A stretch of 64,000 nucleotides of DNA. Source: an uncultured Spirochaetota bacterium (lineage in GTDB: Bacteria; Spirochaetota; Spirochaetia; SZUA-6; Fen-1364). The notes under the pieces are model-generated. The model made no database searches. It was not told where the DNA came from and saw only the letters and a program-made list of their open reading frames with translations. Shown piece by piece: positions 1-10,717 of the stretch (the stretch's first letter is position 1; every line of letters begins with the position of its first letter). The translations under genes and the position numbers were made by a program. Location of the stretch: positions 1 through 64,000 of the forward strand of contig CAVTHO010000003.1 in assembly GCA_963734545.1 (NCBI GenBank), in the 5' to 3' direction.

Positions 1-2630
1 ACCACGGTGCCGTTGTTGGAGGTGAAGGTGGTCACGTTCCAGTTGGTGCCCACGCTCAGGGTGCCTGCGGGAGCCGAGAGGGTGGCAAGCGGGGTGCCGG
101 TGGTACCCACGTAGGTGCCCACACTCAGGCTGTTGGCCCGCGAGCACCCCGGATGCGTTCAGCGTGCCTGAGCCGCTGACGTTGCCCGTCACTGTCTGGG
201 TGACCGCGTTGTCTGCCAGCGTCAGGGTGCCAGTGTTCACCGTGAGGTTGTTGCCCACGCTCAGGGCGGCACCCGTGTTGTAGGTGGTGGTGCCCCCCGT
301 GCTCTTGGTCAGGTTGTAGAAGGCCGTGGAGGAGTAGATGGTGCCTGTGCCCGTGAAGACCACGGTGCCGTTGTTGGAGGTGAAGGTGGTCACGTTCCAG
401 TTGGTGCCCACGCTCAGGGTGCCTGCGGGAGCCGAGAGGGTGGCAAGCGGGGTGCCGGTGGTACCCACGTAGGTGCCCACACTCAGGGTGTTGGCCCCCG
501 TGATGGCCGAGGCGTTCAGCGTGCCTGAGCCGCTGACGTTGCCCGTCACTGTCTGGGTGCCCGCGATGTCCACCAGCGTCAGGGTGCCAGTGTTCACCGT
601 GAGGTTGTTGCCCACGCTCAGGGCAATACCCGTGTTGTAGGTGGTGGTGCCCCCCGTGCTCTTGGTCAGGTTGTAGAAGGCCGTGGAGGAGTAGATGGTG
701 CCTGTGCCCGTGAAGACCACGGTGCCGTTGTTGGAGGTGAAGGTGGTCACGTTCCAGTTGGTGCCCACGCTCAGGGTGCCTGCGGGAGCCGAGAGGGTGG
801 CAAGCGGGGTGCCGGTGGTACCCACGTAGGTGCCCACACTCAGGGTGTTGGCCCCCGTGATGGCCGAGGCGTTCAGCGTGCCTGAGCCGCTGACGTTGCC
901 CGTCACTGTCTGGGTGCCCGCGATGTCCACCAGCGTCAGGGTGCCAGTGTTCACCGTGAGGTTGTTGCCCACGCTCAGGGCAATACCCGTGTCGTAGGTG
1001 GTGGTGCCCCCCGTGCTCTTGGTCAGGTTGTAGAAGGCCGTGGAGGAGTAGATGGTGCCTGTGCCCGTGAAGACCACGGTGCCGTTGTTGGAGGTGAAGG
1101 TGGTCACGTTCCAGTTGGTGCCCACGCTCAGCGTGCCTGCGGGAGCCGAGAGGGTGGCAAGCGGGGTGCCGGTGGTACCCACGTAGGTGCCCACACTCAG
1201 GGTGTTGGCCCCCGTGATGGCCGATGCGTTCAGCGTGCCTGAGCCGCTGACGTTGCCCGTCACTGTCTGGGTGACCGCGATGTCAACCAGCGTCAGGGTG
1301 CCAGTGTTCACCGTGAGGTTGTTGCCCACGCTCAGGGCGGCACCCGTGTTGTAGGTGGTGGTGCCCCCCGTGCTCTTGGTCAGGTTGTAGAAGGCCGTGG
1401 AGGAGTAGATGGTGCCTGTGCCCGTGAAGACCACGGTGCCGTTGTTGGAGGTGAAGGTGGTCACGTTCCAGTTGGTGCCCACGCTCAGGGTGCCTGCGGG
1501 AGCCGAGAGGGTGGCAAGCGGGGTGCCGGTGGTACCCACGTAGGTGCCCACACTCAGGGTGTTGGCCCCCGTGATGGCCGAGGCGTTCAGCGTGCCTGAG
1601 CCGCTGACGTTGCCCGTCACTGTCTGGGTGCCCGCGATGTCCACCAGCGTCAGGGTGCCAGTGTTCACCGTGAGGTTGTTGCCCACGCTCAGGGCAATAC
1701 CCGTGTTGTAGGTGGTGGTGCCCCCCGTGCTCTTGGTCAGGTTGTAGAAGGCCGTGGAGGAGTAGATGGTGCCTGTGCCCGTGAAGACCACGGTGCCGTT
1801 GTTGGAGGTGAAGGTGGTCACGTTCCAGTTGGTGCCCACGCTCAGGGTGCCTGCGGGAGCCGAGAGGGTGGCAAGCGGGGTGCCGGTGGTACCCACGTAG
1901 GTGCCCACACTCAGGGTGTTGGCCCCCGTGATGGCCGAGGCGTTCAGCGTGCCTGAGCCGCTGACGTTGCCCGTCACTGTCTGGGTGACCGCGTTGTCCA
2001 CCAGCGTCAGGGTGCCAGTGTTCACCGTGAGGTTGTTGCCCACGCTCAGGGCAATACCCGTGTTGTAGGTGGTGGTGCCCCCCGTGCTCTTGGTCAGGTT
2101 GTAGAAGGCCGTGGAGGAGTAGATGGTGCCTGTGCCCGTGAAGACCACGGTGCCGTTGTTGGAGGTGAAGGTGGTCACGTTCCAGTTGGTGCCCACGCTC
2201 AGGGTGCCTGCGGGAGCCGAGAGGGTGGCAAGCGGGGTGCCGGTGGTACCCACGTAGGTGCCCACACTCAGGGTGTTGGCCCCCGTGATGGCCGATGCGT
2301 TCAGCGTGCCTGAGCCGCTGACGTTGCCCGTCACTGTCTGGGTGACCGCGTTGTCTACCAGCGTCAGGGTGCCAGTGTTCACCGTGAGGTTGTTGCCCAC
2401 GCTCAGGGCGGCACCCGTGTTGTAGGTGGTGGTGCCCCCCGTGCTCTTGGTCAGGTTGTAGAAGGCCGTGGAGGAGTAGATGGTGCCTGTGCCCGTGAAG
2501 ACCACGGTGCCGTTGTTGGAGGTGAAGGTGGTCACGTTCCAGTTGGTGCCCACGCTCAGCGTGCCTGCGGGAGCCGAGAGGGTGGCAAGCGGGGTGCCGG
2601 TGGTACCCACGTAGGTGCCCACACTCAGGC
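1..2630 (-). repeat. Intragenic tandem array, 357-bp unit (119 aa), about 7.4 near-identical copies, followed by a degenerate copy to ~2810
   Basis: ACCACGGTGCCGTTGTTGGAGG recurs at 1, 359, 716, 1073, 1430, 1787, 2144 and 2501. Minus-strand unit: FTGTGTIYSSTAFYNLTKSTGGTTTYNTGIALSVGNNLTVNTGTLTLVDIAGTQTVTGNVSGSGTLNASAITGANTLSVGTYVGTTGTPLATLSAPAGTLSVGTNWNVTTFTSNNGTVV. Confidence 0.97.
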
Positions 2631-5259
2631 TGCCAGTCGCCACCCCGGATGCGTCAAGGGTGCCCGCGCCGCTGACGCTGCCTGTGATGGAATGAGTTCC
2701 CTCCGCCAGCACCAGGGTGCCTGCTGTCAGGGTCAGCGATCCGCCCACGCTCAAGGCCGCGTCCTTCCATTTGCCGCCCGCCCCGTTGAATGTGAGGTTG
2801 TTGTAGGTATCGCCCAATACCAGGTTGGTGGCCGAGTAGTCGACGGTCCCGTTGTACACAACGGTCCCGTTGAGCGTGCGTGAGCCTGTCGTTATTGTCT
2901 CGGCCGCCCTGTAGTTGAATCGTACCGCTGTTCTGAGTCAATGCACCCGCAACTGCAAGGCTGTAGCTCTGCAGGTTCAGCACCAGATTGGAGATTGTCA
3001 ACGTGCTGACAGAGGCACCGGACGTCAAAACAGGATTAGCGCCTGCGGAGATGGTAACGGTGTCGAGCGCGCCGGGGACGCTGGCCAATGTTCCAGTTAC
3101 TTCCCACATTCCAGTCAGTCGTTGCCCCTGTCCACGTAAAGGCTGCCCCACCGGGAAATGTCCATCCCGTGTTGTTGCCCTGGTTGGTGCAGGTGGCGGC
3201 GGCGATGGGAATCGCGGTAGCTACCCCGCTGGCGAGGCTGTCCTGCACCGCTGCCCGCGTGACGCTGGAGGTGGCGGTACCCGTGAAAGTGATGCCTGCC
3301 TGGGATCCGCTCAAATCGCTCAAGATGCTGATCAAGGGCGTTGTCGCAACAGCGCCCGAGTTGATCGTGAATGAGCCGCTTATCTGCTGTGCCGCTGTGT
3401 GATCGAAAATAAGCGTTTTCCCCGGCGTGTTGCACGTGAAGACATTGAAAGTGGTGCTCCCCGTGATCGTCGAAGTGGCGGTCGTGGCAAAAATCACTCC
3501 CAATGCGCCCGCATCGCTGAATGTCCCGCCCGAGTTTGTCCAGTTCCCATTGACGGTAAGCGGGTTGGCAGCGATCTGCATCTGTACCGGATGCTATCTC
3601 GATATTGTTGAATGCAAATCCTGCGGAGGTGATAGTGATGGGGTTGACGCCTCCGCTGAAAATGAAGGTGGACCCAGTCGAAGTGAAGGCCGAGGCGGTG
3701 GCGAGACTGACGTCACCACCGTTCGCCTGCGCACTGCCGATTGTAACCGTTATTCCGGTCATATCGATGCTGGAGGTGGCAGAGCCGATGGAAATAGCGC
3801 CATTCGAATTGACATTGCCCGGTGATGTTCTGGTCGTCTTGAACAGTCACGGCTCCCACGCCTCGCGTGGTGCTGCCTGACCGAATGCTCGCGATCGATC
3901 GTCCGCTGCTCTTGAAAGTCCCTGTGCCGTGCATGGTGAACCGTGTCTGTCCCGCGGTGTAGGCGATATTGGTCAGATCGACGCTTACCGGTCTTATCGA
4001 GCCTGCTCCCGGCGCGTTATTCAACCATGTGGATGTGGCTGCCCCCGCCAACGTGCCGCTGAGCAAACCGTCGATGTCGATGGTCGTTCCATTGACCGTG
4101 GCGCCGGAAAAGTTGAAGGTGCCTCCGTCCAGGGTCAGATTCGACTTGAACCACATGCTGTTGTCACCCGTAATGACGGTACCGCCTGTGCTGACCGTGC
4201 CCACTCCGGTTACCTGAAAGAATGGCGGGAAAGCGGTCGCCAGAGAGGACCCGGACAGGTCCAGGGTGCCGCCGACGCTGAGGGCGCCGGAGACCGTGAA
4301 GCCATTGTTTCCAGTTGCAAGCGTGCCACTGGTGACCGTCAGATCGCTGTTCATCGTGAGGCTGGAAGCCATGCTCACGGTGTTTCCCACTGCGTCCACA
4401 ACGAATTTATTGAGCGCCGGGGTCATGGTAATCGTGGAGCTGCCAGTCATTTTCACCGTGGAGGCGCTGGCGGTGAACCCTGCCGCCATCGAAATATTGC
4501 CGCTCGCCGTGAGCGCTCCTGCTCCGGTGAAGGTGTAGCTGCCCGTTGTCAAAGTGAAAGCCGGCGCAGGTCAGGGTTCCTGTCGATTGGGTAATAGCGG
4601 CACCCGCGTTGTTCAACGTCACGCTCGCGCCGTTGGTCCCGCCGTCCAGAGTGCCGGTGCCGACATCGAGCGTCGCGGCCGTGGCCATGGTGAGAGCGGT
4701 TGCGGAGAGGGTGAGAGTGCCCGTTGTAGCTCCGTCGTAGAGGCTGAAAGTCCCCGCGTTCATTGTCAGCGTGCCGTTGAGCGTCAGCGTGCCGTTGAGC
4801 GACAAGGTGGTGCCCGCGCTGTTCATGAAGAGCCCGATGATATGCACCGCCGTGTTGTTGGGGCCATACAGGATCGCCGGGGTCGTGTTCTGCATATTCA
4901 GCGTAAGGTTGGCGGCCGGGTAGGCGGTCATCAGCCGGAAATCGGCCATTCCGTTGACGATGAGGTTCCTGTTTAAGCCGGTCGACTCCCAGAGCGCCTC
5001 CGTTCACGGTTATGGTCTTGCATGAACGGTTGCCATCGATATTACATGTGCCGGAAGGTATGAACACGTCGTCCGCAGCTGTAGGCGGCGCACCCGTGTT
5101 GGGTACGGAGGTCCAGTTTCCCGCGAGATTCCAGTTGCCGGTCCCACCATTCCAGGTGTGTGTTGCAGCTTTAGCGAGAACCGCGGTGCCGAGGAAGAGG
5201 GCTATCATAATGGCAGTCAGATACACTCGCAGCACCGTTTTCACGCCTCTCGCTTTCAA
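1..5259 (-). CDS. Giant secreted/surface Thr-Gly-Asn-Ser-rich beta-solenoid (adhesin-like) protein; 3' end lies beyond the window; several apparent indel frameshifts
   Basis: Signal peptide (MKARGVKTVLRVYLTAIMIALFLGTAVLAKA) then TWNGGTGNWNLAGNW; a similar motif (TWTGATTDWNVGSNW) recurs near 3140-3100. ORF fragments 4549-5259, 4407-4949, 3713-4552, 3115-3762, 3036-3581 and 2654-3151 share composition and chain into the open 119-aa repeat frame. Confidence 0.85.
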
Positions 5260-5265
5260 TTTTGA

Positions 5266-5274
5266 AGTATACCA
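5266..5274 (-). promoter_or_regulatory. Extended -10 box (TGgTATACT) 6 nt upstream of the TTG start of the giant gene
   Basis: Minus strand reads TGGTATACT-tcaaaa-TTG. Confidence 0.55.
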
Positions 5275-5369
5275 CCGAAAGAAGCGGCGCCCAACGAACT
5301 ATCTACGGGAATTGCTGCCTCCTGGACGTGGAATCCCCCAAATCGGGCACATCCTGCATGCACCCTCAC

Positions 5370-5398
5370 TTGAGAATCGGCGCTTCATGGGCTATTGT
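5370..5398 (+). promoter_or_regulatory. sigma70-type promoter
   Basis: TTGAGA-17 nt-TATTGT, followed by an AGGAG RBS before ATG 5423. Confidence 0.5.
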
Positions 5399-5422
5399 TG
5401 ATATAGAAGAGACCAGGAGTAA

Positions 5423-5989
5423 ATGATGAATCACAAGGCACTCCGCGAAGTGGCTATCCTCTGCGCGCTACTCTTTTACTGTCTCGGATGCTCTGCGGCT
5501 GCACCTGTCATTACATATAGTAGGATAATTATCGACACCTACAATCCAACGGACGGGACTAGTCTCGCGGGAAGCGCGAACTACCTGGAACTTTGGAGCT
5601 CGGACGGCAAAACTCTCCTTGCGCATGATGACGGCAGCGCTCAAGCCGCAAGGCCCACGAATCAGTTCTACGCCTACCTCGACTACAACGGTGGGCTCAC
5701 CTCGGGGGACTATTGGGTTCTCGTCCTGGCATCGTCGCCCGGGGACTCGGTCGACTATGGTATTCGAGTGCTGACAGCGCCGGACAGCTCCTATGCAGGC
5801 TGGGCTTTTGGAGGCCCTGCAAGTGAAACTATAAGCGACCAGCCGTTGACTGGGGGGAGTGGGATCCCTTCGACATTCCAGACAATAAAACTCAGCAATT
5901 CAACCAGCGACCGGCTGAACCGATTCATCATCTCGATCGTCCCGGCCGTCAGCAGCGGCGTCAACTGGATAAAGCTCACGCTGCCTTGA
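5423..5989 (+). CDS. Small lipoprotein with a PPC-like beta-sandwich domain
   Basis: Hydrophobic signal ending CLG-C; LLAHDDG and GDYWVLV motifs resemble pre-peptidase C-terminal domains; paralogous to the C-terminus of the next gene. Confidence 0.7.
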   Translation: MMNHKALREVAILCALLFYCLGCSAAAPVITYSRIIIDTYNPTDGTSLAGSANYLELWSSDGKTLLAHDDGSAQAARPTNQFYAYLDYNGGLTSGDYWVLVLASSPGDSVDYGIRVLTAPDSSYAGWAFGGPASETISDQPLTGGSGIPSTFQTIKLSNSTSDRLNRFIISIVPAVSSGVNWIKLTLP

Positions 5990-6041
5990 AGCGATAGGGA
6001 AGAGCTTTCAGATCCTGGCCTTGCGAATGTATCAGACAAAG

Positions 6042-6070
6042 TTGAAAAGTTAACCTGACTGGGGTATGTT
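6042..6070 (+). promoter_or_regulatory. sigma70-type promoter
   Basis: TTGAAA-17 nt-TATGTT; AAGGAG RBS before ATG 6111. Confidence 0.5.
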
Positions 6071-6110
6071 TATCGGCAGTATCGGGGAGACTGGGAGAAA
6101 GGAGCGCCTG

Positions 6111-8621
6111 ATGAAATCGAGAATTGCGCTGGTATGCATTGCACTCCTGAGTGTGTTTTTCATCGCCTGCCCAATGCCCCAGGTGGGAGTGGGCACGACG
6201 AAAGACGTGATCGGCGGGGACCCGAACGCCCCCCAGTCAACAGGCGGATCCATCTCCGTTGTGAATGATGAGGCCCGTAATCAGGCTGTGTACATCAACG
6301 AAACGGGACAGCAGTTTGACGTTGTTGCGGAGGAGTATCCGGGCGGGCCGCTGGTCAGATGCGTCCAGATGGTGGATTTCAAAGAGCTCGAGCCGAGCAC
6401 GGACGCCGACGCGCTCCCCGTGAAGGCGATAGTGGCCGGCACGCGGGACGACGGCACACCGGGAGTCTGGGAGATCCATGCGGATGACAGCATCCTTCTT
6501 CCGCAGCCTGAGCAGACGGATGACAGCACAGCGCGCTGCATCACGAGCGGTGACACCACGACCCTCCCGGACGGACTGCAGGTCCGCCTGGGCTGGCTGT
6601 TCAAGGTGACCGCAGTGAGCGCCGACGGCAAGATTATCGTGGGCGTGACCAAGCACCCGAGAGGTTTCACATACAACACCACCGAGGTCATGGCGACCTC
6701 CTCCGTCGCTGTGTACTGGCGTGTCTACAGGCTGCCGTACAGCAGGTTCCTCATTGTCTCTTCACCTCACGTCATCGGTGTCGTCACGAACCCGAAGCGG
6801 CCGGCAGGGTGGGCGCCCCACGACTGGAACCTGTCCAGCGTTCTGTCCCATCTGCGCCAGTTCTTCCTGGGCCGGTTCGATTCCTACCTTACCACGGCGG
6901 ACAGCGTGCAATATGACGCCGCGGAGGCCGTCTACAAGGTAAAGGGTCTCGACGATTTGAATCTGGCGGCCACCGCGAGGATCGACAAGACCACGGTTAT
7001 GTCGGTAATTGAAGCGTCCGACCTGACGGTGGGCAGCGTGAAGTTCTCTCCTGAAACGGCGGATGTCTCTGGCACGCTGAACCTCAGTGCAGAGGTGAAG
7101 AACCTGACATTCGACGGCGCCCAGCCCGGGACACTTGAGTTCCGCCTGAACCAGGTACTGGTCGCGCAGGTTCCGACCCCGGCAATCACAGCGGATGGGT
7201 CTACCGGCCCGATCACCATCTCAGCCTCCCTTGGAGACCGCGGCCTCAGTGCGGGCGTTTATAACGTCAGTGCCAAAGTCATCGCCAACGCCCAGGATGG
7301 GGAGGTCATTACAGACAACAATACGGCTGCCGCCCTGGATTCCAACGGCGCGCCTGCCGTGCTCACGCTGACTTCGAAGTCAGCGGAAACTCATCCCGAT
7401 TTGTCCATCACTTCGGTTGATCCGGCCGCCGCAACGGTTGCTCTCGCCGACGGTGAATGGCCGTTCGCCGTGGTGGTAAAGAACGTAGGCGACGCGAGCT
7501 CGGCAGTTCCTACCAAGCTTCTCTACCATGTAGTCAACTCGAACAGCGGGACGTCTGTGGATCTTTCGGTGACGGTGCCTGCCCTCGATCCTGCTCAAAA
7601 GTTCACCGACTCCCTGAACGACTATGCGGACAAGCATCTTGCCAAGCTGGGGATCGCCGCTGGCACGAACACCATCACGATCTCCGTGGATTCGGTGGCG
7701 AATGAGAAAGACATGGTGCCTGACAACAACAAGTGGGCGTCCTCGGTCAAGCTGACGGTCACCAACCTGCAACCTGACCTGACCATCTCGGTTTCGCCGC
7801 CTCCTGTGGATGCCATCGGGACTGGCGCTCCGTGGCCGCTCACCGTAGTGGTGACGAACGAGGGCAACGCGAGTTCTGCCGCTACCGAGCTTCACTACCT
7901 TGTAGCCAACGCGAACGGCGGGACGCCTGTGGATCTTTGGGTGACGGTGCCCGCCCTCGCCCCTGGTGCCACGTTCAAGGACCCTCTGGACAGGTCGACG
8001 AACACCATCACCAACCCCCCGGAATGGAAGGCGGACACGCCTCTGACGACGCTGGGGATCACCTCCGGCACCAACTCGGTAAGGATCTCCGTGGGCAATA
8101 AGACGGACAATGCCGCCTTCCGCGTGATCTACGATGAGATCGTCATCGACACCTACGATCCCACGGATGGGAGAACCCTTGCTGAAAACGGCTCGCCATG
8201 GATAGGACTTTGGAAATCGGGGGACGAAACGCCCTTCGCGTATGATGACGGCAGCGCTCAAGCCGGAAGGCAACCGAATCAATACTACGCCAGAATCGAC
8301 TACAAAGGGCTCCCCCCCGGTACTTATTGGATATTCGTCCGGGCATCTTCTCCCGGGGACACTTTCAGTTATGGCATTCGAGTAGTGACGTCGCTGGACG
8401 TCCCCTATGGCGACCTTGGCGGCCGTTGGCTTCTGGGGCGTGTTTCGGAGGGCGCAAGCGACGAGCCATTGTCTGGCCCGCCAGACACGACCGACCCCTC
8501 CCCTTACAAGCCCTTGGTACTGGGCGACCCGTCCAGCGATCATCTGAGCCGCTTCATCATCGGAGATTATGGCCCTCCCGTTGTCGCCGGCGTCAACTGG
8601 ATGAAGCTCGTGCTTCGCTGA
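6111..8621 (+). CDS. Large lipoprotein with three CARDB/Ig-like domains and a C-terminal PPC-like domain
   Basis: MKSRIALVCIALLSVFFIA-C lipobox; repeated (P/S)DL(T/S)...V(K/T)N.G...VPAL modules; C-terminus similar to 5423-5989. Confidence 0.8.
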   Translation: MKSRIALVCIALLSVFFIACPMPQVGVGTTKDVIGGDPNAPQSTGGSISVVNDEARNQAVYINETGQQFDVVAEEYPGGPLVRCVQMVDFKELEPSTDADALPVKAIVAGTRDDGTPGVWEIHADDSILLPQPEQTDDSTARCITSGDTTTLPDGLQVRLGWLFKVTAVSADGKIIVGVTKHPRGFTYNTTEVMATSSVAVYWRVYRLPYSRFLIVSSPHVIGVVTNPKRPAGWAPHDWNLSSVLSHLRQFFLGRFDSYLTTADSVQYDAAEAVYKVKGLDDLNLAATARIDKTTVMSVIEASDLTVGSVKFSPETADVSGTLNLSAEVKNLTFDGAQPGTLEFRLNQVLVAQVPTPAITADGSTGPITISASLGDRGLSAGVYNVSAKVIANAQDGEVITDNNTAAALDSNGAPAVLTLTSKSAETHPDLSITSVDPAAATVALADGEWPFAVVVKNVGDASSAVPTKLLYHVVNSNSGTSVDLSVTVPALDPAQKFTDSLNDYADKHLAKLGIAAGTNTITISVDSVANEKDMVPDNNKWASSVKLTVTNLQPDLTISVSPPPVDAIGTGAPWPLTVVVTNEGNASSAATELHYLVANANGGTPVDLWVTVPALAPGATFKDPLDRSTNTITNPPEWKADTPLTTLGITSGTNSVRISVGNKTDNAAFRVIYDEIVIDTYDPTDGRTLAENGSPWIGLWKSGDETPFAYDDGSAQAGRQPNQYYARIDYKGLPPGTYWIFVRASSPGDTFSYGIRVVTSLDVPYGDLGGRWLLGRVSEGASDEPLSGPPDTTDPSPYKPLVLGDPSSDHLSRFIIGDYGPPVVAGVNWMKLVLR

Positions 8622-8641
8622 TCCTGCCTTTTGGTGAAAGC

Positions 8642-8671
8642 AGCCCCGGGCCCTCAGCCCGGGGCTTTTTT
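8642..8671 (+). terminator. Rho-independent terminator between convergent genes
   Basis: AGCCCCGGGC-cctca-GCCCGGGGCT followed by a T-run. Confidence 0.85.
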
Positions 8672-9962
8672 ATGCGGTTTTTCTTGCATCGGACAGGAGG
8701 AGCGAAAGCGCCAGCCCGAGAATCACGAACGCGCCGGCGATGATGAACGACCAGGTGGAGGCGGCGGCCGCGCTCAAGCGATCCTGGAGCGCGGCGAAGA
8801 TCTGCGGACCCACGACCCCCGCCGCGGCCCAGGCGGTGAGAACGGCGCCGTAGACAGCGGGCATCGAGCCGGGAGCCGAACACGTCACCGATGAAAGAAG
8901 GCATGGCGCCGAACCCGCCTCCGTAGCAGAGCAGGACCCAGCACACCAGGACGGCGAATACCCACGGATTCTTCGTGATCACGAGGAGAGCGAAGACGAG
9001 CACCTCGGAGGCCAGCATCACGCGGAAGGTCCGTGCCCTGCCGATACGGTCCGATGCCGCGCCCCACAGGAATCGGCCGGCGCCGTTGAACAGCGAGCTG
9101 ACGGCCACCAGGGTGGCGCCGAAACCGGCGAGCGCCGCGGCAGCCAGCCCGGGGTTGAAGCGTTTCCACAAATCCTGAAACAGGGGGGACTGGAAGCTGA
9201 TGATCGAAATGCCTGCCGTGATGTTGCAGAAGAATACGATCCACAGGGAGAGGAAACGGCCGGAAAGTATGGCATTCCGCAGCGGGATCTCTTCCCCTTC
9301 TGCGCATGCCGCCTTCAAGCCAGGCTCCGCGCACCCCTTCGGCAGCCAGCCTGCCGGCGGGTTCTTCATGAACCCGGCCGATCCGACGCCGAGCACCAGG
9401 AACACGCCGCCCAGCAGGAGAAAGACGGAAACGAGGTTCCTGCCGGTCAGGTCGAGGAGAAGGGGGGCGAGGACCTTGCTCATGAACAGCGCCCCCAGGC
9501 CGAAGCCCATCACGACCATGCCCGTGGCCAGGCCCTTCCTGTCCGGAAACCACCTGGCGATCGTGGCAACCGGCGTCACGTACCCGAGCCCGAGACCGAT
9601 CCCGCCCATTACTCCGTAGCCGAGATACAGAAGGGCCAGGGACTTCAAGCTGAACGCAAACGCCGGAAACGGCGCAGCCCGCGGCGAAAAGGGACCCGCC
9701 GATCATCGCGAGGGTCCGGGGGTTTCGCCGGGGGAGCTGTGCGCCGCCCCACGCGGCCGTGACGCCGAGGAAGAATATGGCGAAGGAGAATATCCAGGCA
9801 ACCTGGGAGTTGGTCCATCCGAAGACGTCCCTGAACTCTCTCACCAGGAGGCCCTGGAAGAAGCTCCACGCGTACACTGTTCCCAGGCAGAGCATGAGGA
9901 CAGTACCCATCACTGGCGATGACCCAGCGGTTCGCGACTTTCGTGACTCCTGTGTCTCTCAT
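8670..9962 (-). CDS. OFA-family (oxalate/formate antiporter-like) MFS transporter; apparent frameshifts
   Basis: NRWVIA, LGTVYAWSFF, WFPDRKGLATG, FNGAGRFLWGAASDRIGR and CYGGGFG motifs spread over ORF pieces 9645-10004, 8885-9913, 8593-9648 and 8670-8888. Confidence 0.9.
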
Positions 9963-9963
9963 C

Positions 9964-10656
9964 TCATTTTGCCAGGAATGGCGAGATGCCGAGGTACGCG
10001 CCAAAACCGATTATCGCCACCCCGCAGACCGAAAGGATCGCGGCGGTCAGGCCTCGGGAGATGCTCCGCCGGCCCAGGTGCAGCAGGATGGAAACAGCCA
10101 GGTACCAGCCGAGGTCCCCGAGCTCGTGGCCGAGGAAGAAGGCAACGAGCGCAGGCCACCGCGCCAGCGTGATGTCGAAGCGCAGGAGGAACGCGGCGCC
10201 CACCGTGACCCACCAGATCCACCAGTAGGGATTGCCCATGGACACGAGCGCGCCCGCGGTGACCGGATTCATGCGGCCCACCAGGCTCACCCTGCCCGCG
10301 GGTTCCCCGGACGGCCGGGAATCTCCGGCCGTGAGATCCATGCCCTTGCCGCGCAGCGTCTCGCGGAGCAGTCCGATGCCCATGTAGAGCAGCAGGACAG
10401 CTCCCCCCACGCCGATTATCTTCGCCGCAATCGGCGCGCGCAGGAATCCCACGACGCCGAGCACCAGGCCGAAGAGCAGCACGCACTCCAGCGCGGCATG
10501 GCCGGCGATGACCCGCGCTCCGGTGAGCCACCCTCCCTGCTCGGTTCGCAGGGTGCGCACGATCGTATAGGTGAGGAGCGGGCCCGGCATCAATGCCCCG
10601 CTCAGCGAGAGAAGGAAGGAAAGGGAGAAGATGATCCAGAGCGAGCCGATCGACAT
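9964..10656 (-). CDS. LysE-family translocator
   Basis: LSGALMPGPLL, GHAALE and NPYWWIWW motifs; hydrophobic. Confidence 0.88.
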   Translation of the reverse strand: MSIGSLWIIFSLSFLLSLSGALMPGPLLTYTIVRTLRTEQGGWLTGARVIAGHAALECVLLFGLVLGVVGFLRAPIAAKIIGVGGAVLLLYMGIGLLRETLRGKGMDLTAGDSRPSGEPAGRVSLVGRMNPVTAGALVSMGNPYWWIWWVTVGAAFLLRFDITLARWPALVAFFLGHELGDLGWYLAVSILLHLGRRSISRGLTAAILSVCGVAIIGFGAYLGISPFLAK

Positions 10657-10717
10657 CAGTGGAATCTATCACGGTGGAGGCGCACGTCACAATCGAGGCG
10701 GCGGCTCCGGCAATTGC

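Noticed and set aside
1-2630. Tandem array as CRISPR or a non-coding repeat array
   Set aside because: No unique spacers; the unit length is a multiple of 3 with an open minus-strand frame continuing a signal-peptide-bearing gene; no cas genes.
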